Virus record (IMG/VR): IMGVR_UViG_3300035438_000194
Coordinates: 1 to 64,000 of that record
Direction: 5' to 3' (one strand)
DNA length: 64,000 bases
From: a virus
The notes beneath the pieces are model-generated. The model did not search any database. It was not told where the DNA came from and saw nothing but the letters and a program-made list of their open reading frames with translations. The position numbers were made by a program, and so were the translations under genes. This document shows, one piece after another, positions 8,155 to 15,233 of the stretch; positions within the stretch are counted from its first letter, which is position 1, and each line of letters begins with the position of its first letter.

Positions 8155-8595
8155 TTAGAAGGCGGTAGGTGGAAGGTCACTGTTCACTTCAATTTCAACA
8201 GGTTCTTCTTGGAACTGCATCAAGTATTGAGCACGGGCTTTTCCTTCAAGCATAGCAAAGCCACGGTCAGTATTAGCCAACGCAGGGCTTTTTGCTACCA
8301 AAGAGTCAAGGAATGATTCTTCCGTCTTCAAAGGATACCACGAGAATTTGCCATTCTTACCCGTTGAGCGTCTGACAATAATTTCAGCACCCAAATTGTC
8401 ATTGCAACGGAAGGAAGGTTTTCCCGCGTTAGGTCCTACACTGATATCACCGCTGTAATAAGATTTCCCGTTTTCAGGGTTTACACCGCAGTCATCAATG
8501 TATTGGGCTTTGGAGTCAGCGTCCATACCAATAATAGCATAAAAGAATTTACCCGTCTTGGAAGGGTTGTCATAAACGGCTTTGAATTGTGCCAT
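8155..8595 (-). CDS. Hypothetical protein, probable paralog of 7234..7698
   Basis: 146 aa ORF; 12-mer 34 nt upstream. Confidence 0.75.
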   Translation of the reverse strand: MAQFKAVYDNPSKTGKFFYAIIGMDADSKAQYIDDCGVNPENGKSYYSGDISVGPNAGKPSFRCNDNLGAEIIVRRSTGKNGKFSWYPLKTEESFLDSLVAKSPALANTDRGFAMLEGKARAQYLMQFQEEPVEIEVNSDLPPTAF

Positions 8596-8892
8596 AGGTT
8601 AAAAAAGTTTAAAGGGTTAACATTAGAAGATTAAGGACTTTGAAAGCACAGGCAACACGCAGCGTCTCCCGCTAACCCCCGATATAGAAGGTGTGTGAGG
8701 TAGGAAAGAGGCTGTGTGTGTGCAGTTCATTAAGGACTTTGACGCAGAGGAGTAGTAGGTAAACCACCCTAACTTCCGCGCTTGGGCCACGGTAATACAA
8801 CAGGACAGAGCACCCACAACGGAGTACCCTGTCCAACACAGCAGGACCCCGATTAGAGTGCACTGCTGTGTTTGTTTTAGTAACGAGCCTTA

Positions 8893-9192
8893 TCAGAAGC
8901 AACCTACAACATTAGCAACAGTATCCGCAGATGACTGTCTCGCAAGTTGTGCTGCCTCCATAAGTTGAACTGATAAGAACTCGGTTGTGATAATCTCCTT
9001 GAAACTCTCAAGGGCATTGTCGCCATATTCACCACGGGCTATAGAATACAAGGCATTTGCGACATTGTCAGCCTTATTTCTGATACCAATGGTGTCAGGT
9101 TTGAAACTCAATAAGAGTTCCGTTAATAATGCAGAGTCAATTGACACTGCTTCTCTACCCGCGCAGGATAAGATTGGTTGGTCTTTTTTCAT
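8893..9192 (-). CDS. Small early hypothetical protein
   Basis: 99 aa; 12-mer 21 nt upstream. Confidence 0.75.
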   Translation of the reverse strand: MKKDQPILSCAGREAVSIDSALLTELLLSFKPDTIGIRNKADNVANALYSIARGEYGDNALESFKEIITTEFLSVQLMEAAQLARQSSADTVANVVGCF

Positions 9193-9247
9193 AACTTTAG
9201 TTTAGTTTAAATCATTAAGGACTTTGAGGACAGAGAGGAGGAAGGCC

Positions 9248-9481
9248 CTAAAGCCCACCATACATCTCACTGTAATCATCACCGTGCATATAGTCTATCT
9301 CATCTTCCATAAAGTTAGACTCAATGTTACCTATTGGTTTACGCACGGTAATAGGTTTGTTTGCTAACAGACCTTCATAGTAGGCAATTATGTGACCTAC
9401 ACTGATTCCGTTTAACACTTTACCGTCAAGTAAGTTAGTAAACTTACGCTCTGTTTCTTTTAACGCTGTTTCTTTGTCCAT
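9248..9481 (-). CDS. Small early hypothetical protein
   Basis: 77 aa; AT-rich leader, no 12-mer of its own. Confidence 0.7.
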   Translation of the reverse strand: MDKETALKETERKFTNLLDGKVLNGISVGHIIAYYEGLLANKPITVRKPIGNIESNFMEDEIDYMHGDDYSEMYGGL

Positions 9482-9524
9482 ATATAAGGTTTAAAAGTTT
9501 ACATAAGAAAGAGATAGCACAAGG

Positions 9525-9743
9525 TTACATACCCTGTGCTGTCTCATACGCAGATATTTCTGTTTCAATCTGCTCTTGGAAGTGTTCTGCAAGTCTTTCA
9601 AACCTGCGTATAACAGATACTGTTGCAAAGTCTTCTTCAAATGAGAGGGACTCGGCACTCTCACTTGCTAAATAGTCTCTGTCTGACTTGATTTCAGCCT
9701 GAATATAGGCTACTACTTCCATTAATACTGATGCTTTGTTCAT
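9525..9743 (-). CDS. Small acidic early protein
   Basis: 72 aa; 12-mer 16 nt upstream; stop inside a hairpin. Confidence 0.75.
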   Translation of the reverse strand: MNKASVLMEVVAYIQAEIKSDRDYLASESAESLSFEEDFATVSVIRRFERLAEHFQEQIETEISAYETAQGM

Positions 9744-9799
9744 ACTGTTATTTTGTTTGATTAAGGACTTTTAAAAGAAAAGCACAAGGGAGTTACCCC

Positions 9800-10012
9800 T
9801 TATGCCTGAACACCATAAGTGTCATCTTCAACCACCATTTCAATAAAGTCCTTGCTAATGAACTTGATTTCAATAGGCTCTATCAAACCTTTGCAGTATT
9901 GAAAGGTAGTAAGAGCATCAATGATGCTGTCACCTGCAACATAAAGAATTTCTTCTACACCTTTGTAAAGGTGATGCGGGTAAGTAATTAAGTACAAGTT
10001 TTTTGTTCTCAT
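9800..10012 (-). CDS. Small early hypothetical protein
   Basis: 70 aa; 12-mer 17 nt upstream. Confidence 0.75.
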   Translation of the reverse strand: MRTKNLYLITYPHHLYKGVEEILYVAGDSIIDALTTFQYCKGLIEPIEIKFISKDFIEMVVEDDTYGVQA

Positions 10013-10084
10013 ATTATTAGATTTGAACCATTAAGGACTTTGTATTAGATAAGAACACAGCCCCCTATTACGAGGGCTATGTTA

Positions 10085-10408
10085 TTAGTTTGACAATTCA
10101 GCAGCGTCAAGTTCCGCTTGAAGTTCATCAGTTACAGGCAGTGTGAATACAATATGTCCTGAACATACTTGCATTTTACCGTCTTTAACATAGAACCCAA
10201 TACCTGAAGTACACTTGTGCCCGTCAGGTTGAACAAGTACAACAGTGCAAGAATAGTGGTCCCAACCTACGAACTCCGTATCAAAGAAGATTGTGCCTTC
10301 TCTGTATACTGTCTTACGCAGTGGTCCAACTTCACCTGTTGGCGTTTCACCATAGTTGTCTGAACCTTCTTTAAAGGCTTTGATTGCAATTTCTGATAAG
10401 TTTTTCAT
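10085..10408 (-). CDS. Small early hypothetical protein
   Basis: 107 aa; 12-mer 24 nt upstream. Confidence 0.75.
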   Translation of the reverse strand: MKNLSEIAIKAFKEGSDNYGETPTGEVGPLRKTVYREGTIFFDTEFVGWDHYSCTVVLVQPDGHKCTSGIGFYVKDGKMQVCSGHIVFTLPVTDELQAELDAAELSN

Positions 10409-10466
10409 AATAAAAGGTATTAATTTTAAATCATTAAGGACTTTGTGCTAAAAGAAAACCACGGTG

Positions 10467-10670
10467 TTACCCGTGATTCTCCTGTGCACGCATCTCTCTC
10501 ACTTGGAATACAACTATCCAAGTGATAAAGGCGGTGATGATACCAAAGAATATGTTCATTGGTGTTGACAGCTCTCTTACTTCTTCATTACAGGTGAAGT
10601 TGATGATATACAAGATTGTAATAGCATCTAATAGAGCAATGATTGAGATGATGAGGGTGAATAGTCTCAT
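10467..10670 (-). CDS. Small two-TM membrane protein
   Basis: Likelier start MRLFTLII at 10670; two hydrophobic helices. Confidence 0.7.
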   Translation of the reverse strand: MRLFTLIISIIALLDAITILYIINFTCNEEVRELSTPMNIFFGIITAFITWIVVFQVREMRAQENHG

Positions 10671-10692
10671 AGGTTTATAATTGATTAAGAGT

Positions 10693-10845
10693 TTACCACC
10701 AATTGGTACCGCGAGAATTGTAGTTCCCGTTGTGTTTAGGTTGAAATGTATCGTGACAACTGTGTGTGGTTGCACAAGATGTGAGCATTGCTACTATTAA
10801 GATGGTTGCAATGTAGAGTAGAGCATAGGCTGTTGACTTTTTCAT
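10693..10845 (-). CDS. Small lipoprotein (50 aa, lipobox LTSC)
   Basis: Manual translation MKKSTAYALLYIATILIVAMLTSCATTHSCHDTFQPKHNGNYNSRGTNWW*; 12-mer 19 nt upstream. Confidence 0.8.
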   Translation of the reverse strand: MKKSTAYALLYIATILIVAMLTSCATTHSCHDTFQPKHNGNYNSRGTNWW

Positions 10846-10950
10846 AGGGTTATAATTTACATTGATTAAGGACTTTTGTGCTAACAGAGTAGTAGGCCAA
10901 AAGACCTAACTTCTGCCCTTGGGGCCCAGAGGCGCTAACACACCACGAGA

Positions 10951-11136
10951 TTAACTCTCGGGTGCATCAGCATTGCCAATGGCTTTATTAACAAGTAAGT
11001 TGAATAACAACTCACCCGTAGGTAAGATGTGTATTTCAAACTTCTTGATGTGACCTGTGGTCAACCAAGTGTTAATCTTCTGTTGCATCTTCTTGTGGTC
11101 TGCAACAGGAACTATTTCAAATTGAACTTTATACAT
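10951..11136 (-). CDS. Small early hypothetical protein
   Basis: 61 aa; 12-mer 17 nt upstream. Confidence 0.75.
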   Translation of the reverse strand: MYKVQFEIVPVADHKKMQQKINTWLTTGHIKKFEIHILPTGELLFNLLVNKAIGNADAPES

Positions 11137-11227
11137 AGGTTTACATTTGAATCATTAAGGACTTTTGTGAGCGTGAGTGGGAAGGAGAGAGGTGATAGTA
11201 AAAAATAGAAACCTACCACCCCTTCAA

Positions 11228-11377
11228 CTACTCTGTTATCTCATACCACGTGTCATCCTTCCGCACTACCTTATAGGTAATAGTTCCGTCTTCATTGAGT
11301 CTAACATCTCTAATGAAGTCACCGCGGAATCTCTTCTTGAGACCCGCGATGATTTGTGTTAGGCTGTTAACTCGCAT
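11228..11377 (-). CDS. Small hypothetical protein (49 aa)
   Basis: Manual translation MRVNSLTQIIAGLKKRFRGDFIRDVRLNEDGTITYKVVRKDDTWYEITE*; overlaps the end of the upstream gene. Confidence 0.6.
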   Translation of the reverse strand: MRVNSLTQIIAGLKKRFRGDFIRDVRLNEDGTITYKVVRKDDTWYEITE

Positions 11378-11553
11378 AACTTCTTCATCAAGTAAAGGTT
11401 ATACAGCAACAGGGCTTCCGCAGGTGCTTCAAACATTCTCTCAAATGATTGAGCATCAATAGGTTGCTTGGTTATAGTTGTATACAACTTGCAATTCAGG
11501 ACACATAGGTCTCTACGCTGTTTTGCAGTAAGCGTGATTTTCTCTTGTACCAT
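11359..11553 (-). CDS. Small early hypothetical protein
   Basis: Likelier start MVQEK at 11553, 15 nt after a 12-mer. Confidence 0.7.
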   Translation of the reverse strand: MVQEKITLTAKQRRDLCVLNCKLYTTITKQPIDAQSFERMFEAPAEALLLYNLYLMKKLCELTA

Positions 11554-11600
11554 ATTATATTTTAAACTATTAAGGACTTTATACAACAAGCATAAGCCCC

Positions 11601-11795
11601 CTAAGAAGGGAGCTCAGCTGTTGGTTCTATTCTGAAGGCAAAGCAGGTAAGGTCTCCGAAGTCTCCTTCAGAGAATTGCCATTTGATTGTCTCTGCTTTC
11701 TCAAGTGAATCGCAAATTGTTGAATGCGTCTCAATTGTTTCTTCTGCATCTCCTTCATAGGTGATGGCTGTCTTGTAAGTCAGTTTGTAGTGCAT
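11601..11795 (-). CDS. Small acidic early protein
   Basis: 64 aa; one-mismatch 12-mer 15 nt upstream. Confidence 0.75.
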   Translation of the reverse strand: MHYKLTYKTAITYEGDAEETIETHSTICDSLEKAETIKWQFSEGDFGDLTCFAFRIEPTAELPS

Positions 11796-11845
11796 AATGT
11801 TATTTCAATCATTAAGGATTTTACACACAAAAGAAAGGAAGAGGC

Positions 11846-12031
11846 CTAAGCCTCAACCTCATTACAACCATAGAGCTCAGCCTTCCGTTGGACTAACCTT
11901 GCCTCTACATCATCAAGCGCACTAATATAACCGTCAGAATATTCATCCATACCGTTGGCCCTAATATCTTCCCAGGTATTCTTAATAGCGTCCTTAACAA
12001 TAGCAATAGCCAAATCTAAATCTGTTTTCAT
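11846..12031 (-). CDS. Small early hypothetical protein
   Basis: Likelier start MKTDL at 12031, 16 nt after a 12-mer. Confidence 0.75.
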   Translation of the reverse strand: MKTDLDLAIAIVKDAIKNTWEDIRANGMDEYSDGYISALDDVEARLVQRKAELYGCNEVEA

Positions 12032-12076
12032 AATGTTATTTAAAAGCATTAAGGACTTTACAATCAGAGAACAGGG

Positions 12077-12304
12077 TTATTCACCCTGCTCATCTGTTGC
12101 ATTGAAGAACTCGAGTTCCCCACACTCACATAGGTTGTCATCATAAGTAAAGACTCCCGTCTCTAACCACTGATAGACTTCACCTTCACAAGCGTCATAC
12201 ACCCAATCATATTGGTTGTTAACATCAATGTGAATATTGTACAGCGGACCGTGCTGCTCCATTCTACCCGTCATAAGGTAGAAGATAATAAATAAAGACT
12301 TCAT
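12077..12304 (-). CDS. Small acidic early protein
   Basis: 75 aa; degenerate 12-mer upstream. Confidence 0.7.
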   Translation of the reverse strand: MKSLFIIFYLMTGRMEQHGPLYNIHIDVNNQYDWVYDACEGEVYQWLETGVFTYDDNLCECGELEFFNATDEQGE

Positions 12305-12458
12305 ACTATAAGGTTTAAATGATTACGGAGTTAAAACATATTACTTCCGCACCGTAGGTCCGCCTAAGTCTTCATTGAAGAGACCGCATATGGCAAGAGT
12401 TATCTCGGCTACCCTAGTCTGTAACAGACGCAGAAGTAATAGTTAAAGAAGAGAGAGG

Positions 12459-12662
12459 CTAAAAGCCCCCCTCTTGGTTCATCAACTTAGCCACGTGGCT
12501 TGGGTCAACAAAGCGTTTGGTTATCTTGAATGCTGCTGCAGGTGGACAGCTGTCAAGATATTGTTGCGCTAAGAATGCGCTATGTTTAGTGGTTGAAGTC
12601 CATTGAAGGCGTTCAACTTCTGTACCCTTGTGGTCAAGGATGTAAGCAAAGTAAAGTGTCAT
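12459..12662 (-). CDS. Small early hypothetical protein
   Basis: 67 aa; 12-mer 17 nt upstream. Confidence 0.75.
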   Translation of the reverse strand: MTLYFAYILDHKGTEVERLQWTSTTKHSAFLAQQYLDSCPPAAAFKITKRFVDPSHVAKLMNQEGGF

Positions 12663-12733
12663 ATCTGTTATTTGAATGCATTAAGGACTTTCCATCACGC
12701 TGAGAGAGCGAGGGGATTTCTCCCCCTCTCTCA

Positions 12734-12958
12734 TCACATCTTGTTGATGATACTTCTGATTTGAGTCAGTTGCTTTACAACATCAGGCTGTGCCTCTCTA
12801 AGTTCTTCAACAAGAATTTCATAGGCATCTTCAAGACCTCTGCGTACGCCCAATTGGAATTGTTCATCATCCTTTGGAAACGCGTTTATGCTAAGACGTC
12901 TTTCTTGTTGTTTGATTGCAGAATCAACCGTGAAGGTTGCAATAAGTAAATGGTTCAT
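12734..12958 (-). CDS. Small early hypothetical protein
   Basis: Likelier start MNHLL at 12958, 18 nt after a 12-mer. Confidence 0.75.
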   Translation of the reverse strand: MNHLLIATFTVDSAIKQQERRLSINAFPKDDEQFQLGVRRGLEDAYEILVEELREAQPDVVKQLTQIRSIINKM

Positions 12959-13011
12959 AGTATTATATTTGAATTGATTAAGGACTTTACTATACAATCA
13001 AATGAACCCCC

Positions 13012-13251
13012 TTAGAAAGGAGGTCCATCTGGAAATGATGCAGCCCAACGCTCAGCATCACGTTGCTTTTGGTGTTCAGTGTTACACTTAGGACAATAGT
13101 CTTCAAAGCCAACTATCTCATAGTTATCAGTGACTATTGGGTCAAACTCTTGGCCTGTCTCATCAAAGTCGTGATAGATAACCACAGGCTTCTTGATGAA
13201 GTTTGTTTCTTCTTGCATGCAGCATAGGCATATTGAACTTTCTGTTTGCAT
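13012..13251 (-). CDS. Small early protein with two Cys clusters (possible Zn-binding)
   Basis: Likelier start MQTES at 13251, 18 nt after a 12-mer; CLCC...CPKC. Confidence 0.7.
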   Translation of the reverse strand: MQTESSICLCCMQEETNFIKKPVVIYHDFDETGQEFDPIVTDNYEIVGFEDYCPKCNTEHQKQRDAERWAASFPDGPPF

Positions 13252-13584
13252 AATGTTGTTATTTAACTCATTAAGGACTTTCATACATATACATCTCTGC
13301 CTCGCTCGCTCCCTCCCTCCTCTCTCTGTGCTTGTGCTTGGCTCGTTGTTCCTGGCCACGTCAGACCATCCATCTCACTCAGACCACAAACTTTCTTCTG
13401 CCACAGCTTTTTTTTGCAACATCTGTCTAATAGGTAAATTGAGCCTTGCCATTTGATAGGGGGTACCACCCTTTGGAAAGTTTTGCCGGGGATTGTTTTG
13501 GATCCACCCATTACATCCTCTCACACAGTAAAAATCCCCCACACCAGATCAGCCCAGGGGTGTCCCGATAAACCTTACTACCCG

Positions 13585-14012
13585 GGGACTATATGTCCCT
13601 ACATATAGAAGTGTCCCGTGGAGTCTTATTATATGTAGATGCATGTAGTTTTTGGAAAAATTCATGCAAAATTATATAGGGTAACTCGGTAAACTTCCGA
13701 GTTTGGCTCTGTTTTGTTACGGAGTTTGGCAAGGGGGTTGGGGATTATTTTCCACTAAAAGCCTAATTCTGGTGATTATTTTCCACAATAGCTGTCGCAA
13801 AAGTCTACTATACTTGCGACAGATGTCAAGTTTATTGAGCAGGAAACTTGTCACAATTTTAGCAAACATTTGTGACAGATGTTATAAACCACATCTAACT
13901 CATATGGATAATGTCCCTTATAGGGTATAAGAATGAGGTTTTTTGTTTCTTATAAACCACATTATTGTATGGTATACTATGCAGCCTAGTATAAAACTAG
14001 CGCTTTTGCATA
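13585..14012. repeat. Cluster of short inverted and direct repeats at the strand-switch region
   Basis: At least 8 different palindromes with 5-9 bp arms plus two 13-bp direct repeat pairs. Confidence 0.8.
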
Positions 14013-14022
14013 TTAAAACATG

Positions 14023-14589
14023 TTATAATGTGATTTGCCTAGCTCTTTTACCAATGACCTTTGTCTTAAGATCTACCGCTTTAAGTGCCAGTACACATTT
14101 CTGAATAACTGCTAAACTTACGTTATCCCCTTTTTCTAATAGAGAGAGGGTAGACCTTGATACTCCCATTAATTCGGATAGCTGCTGTTGGGTTAATTTT
14201 CTACACAACCTTTCTTTTTTTAGTATAGATGATATGTTATGCATGATTCTAAACAATCCATCAAAGTCTTTTGCGTCATCATCTGATCTTGTTTCTACTA
14301 ACTGCCCCGGCATTAGCATTATATTAAGCAAGCTGGGATTTATGTCATAGTAGTAACCTATCCAGTATTTTTCTCTATCAGCTAGATCGTTAATATCCTT
14401 TACCTCTTCTATGATATCTATTTTGGGGTATAGCCAGTTCTCTTCTAGAGTTTTTACCCAATCATTAACGTGCGAAGAATGTGACTTAGTTAAATGTTGC
14501 AGAGGTCTTTTCTCACCTACCGTGCTTTTGCCTATGTACTGGTATACATCATTTCTGGGATCTCTTAGTCCATAGATTATGTTCTTCAT
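14023..14589 (-). CDS. GIY-YIG nuclease fused to an XRE-type HTH domain
   Basis: IIYGL...YQYIGKS at the N-terminus, REKYWI; C-terminal LTQQQLSELMGVSRSTLSLLEKG. Confidence 0.8.
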   Translation of the reverse strand: MKNIIYGLRDPRNDVYQYIGKSTVGEKRPLQHLTKSHSSHVNDWVKTLEENWLYPKIDIIEEVKDINDLADREKYWIGYYYDINPSLLNIMLMPGQLVETRSDDDAKDFDGLFRIMHNISSILKKERLCRKLTQQQLSELMGVSRSTLSLLEKGDNVSLAVIQKCVLALKAVDLKTKVIGKRARQITL

Positions 14590-14613
14590 ATTTAGTATGT
14601 ATTATATATACTA

Positions 14614-14621
14614 CAAAGGTA
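14614..14621 (-). promoter_or_regulatory. Bacteroidota -7 element TACCTTTG
   Basis: TAnnTTTG 24 nt upstream of ATG 14589. Confidence 0.6.
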
Positions 14622-14728
14622 TGAAATATAATACACATAAACAATACCTCTCGTAACATTTTTATATATGTTTTTGTTACGAGACATACTTTAGTGTGGT
14701 AACAATTTTACGCTATATTTGTTACAAG

Positions 14729-14893
14729 ATGAAGGTAGATATCACTATAGAAGAACTAGAACGGGTTGTTGTTAACGCCTTCATGGCTGGGTACAATACT
14801 ACTAAGGAGGAAATGAACACTCTTAGTGATAATGACCCGGTCACTGATCAGATCTTATTCCTACTTGCAAAATATCGGGTGAAGAATATGTAG
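14729..14893 (+). CDS. Small hypothetical protein
   Basis: Likelier start MKVDI at 14729, after TATATTTG at 14714-14721. Confidence 0.6.
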   Translation: MKVDITIEELERVVVNAFMAGYNTTKEEMNTLSDNDPVTDQILFLLAKYRVKNM

Positions 14894-14909
14894 TTCCCAG
14901 AATTTTGTA

Positions 14910-14917
14910 TATATTTG
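14910..14917 (+). promoter_or_regulatory. Bacteroidota -7 element TATATTTG
   Basis: Consensus match 22 nt upstream of ATG 14940. Confidence 0.6.
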
Positions 14918-14939
14918 CTCTACACTAAACCAATGAACT

Positions 14940-15233
14940 ATGTCATTATTTAAACAACTACGTGGTAAACGCGTAATGATTCAGAAGCCTGAGCCAGAGA
15001 CTAAGAACTCTCTCGTACAACTTACCCCAGAGATTGAAGCACAACTTGAAAAGGAAGCTATTGCTAAGTGGACCCGTCTTACAGTATATGCTGTAGGTAC
15101 AGATGTTGCTGATATCAAAGCTGGTGATGAGGTATATATCACACCAGGTATCTTAGCTACAGCAGAGATCTTCAAAGTTGAAGAAGAAGTATTTATGATT
15201 GTACCGGAACACGCGGTTGCAATCTTGTATTGA
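14940..15233 (+). CDS. GroES/Cpn10-like co-chaperonin
   Basis: 97 aa; LRGKRVMI, VYAVG, IKAGDEVY and IVPEHAVAI parallel GroES motifs. Confidence 0.7.
   Translation: MSLFKQLRGKRVMIQKPEPETKNSLVQLTPEIEAQLEKEAIAKWTRLTVYAVGTDVADIKAGDEVYITPGILATAEIFKVEEEVFMIVPEHAVAILY

Larger units (their letters stand above)
8630..13281 (-). repeat. Dispersed 12-mer AAAGTCCTTAAT heading the small early genes (candidate phage promoter or cassette boundary)
   Basis: 13 exact copies of + strand ATTAAGGACTTT starting at 8630, 8729, 9214, 9760, 10030, 10433, 10865, 11154, 11569, 12048, 12680, 12977, 13270; variants at 11811, 8032, 7775, 10684, 12322. Confidence 0.95.

Noticed and set aside
7977-8902. ORFs 7977..8180, 8623..8817 and 8672..8902
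   Set aside because: They overlap regulatory motifs and hairpins and lack the AT-rich leader seen on real genes here
11228-11352. Possible ncRNA resembling 12339-12441 (shared TCAATGAAGAC and GTGCGGAAG)
   Set aside because: The stretch is explained by a clean 49-aa ORF; the short matches may be chance
8630-13281. 12-mer repeats as a CRISPR array
   Set aside because: Repeats are only 12 bp, spacing is 100-630 bp and filled with ORFs, and no cas genes are present
8630-13281. + strand TAAGGA read as a Shine-Dalgarno site, or KVLN as a protein motif
   Set aside because: No credible + strand ORFs follow the copies; KVLN in the ORF track is the 12-mer translated in over-extended N-termini
13193-13930. 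ORFs 13193..13456, 13281..13511 and 13703..13930
   Set aside because: They cross low-complexity or palindromic DNA with atypical composition; likely spurious
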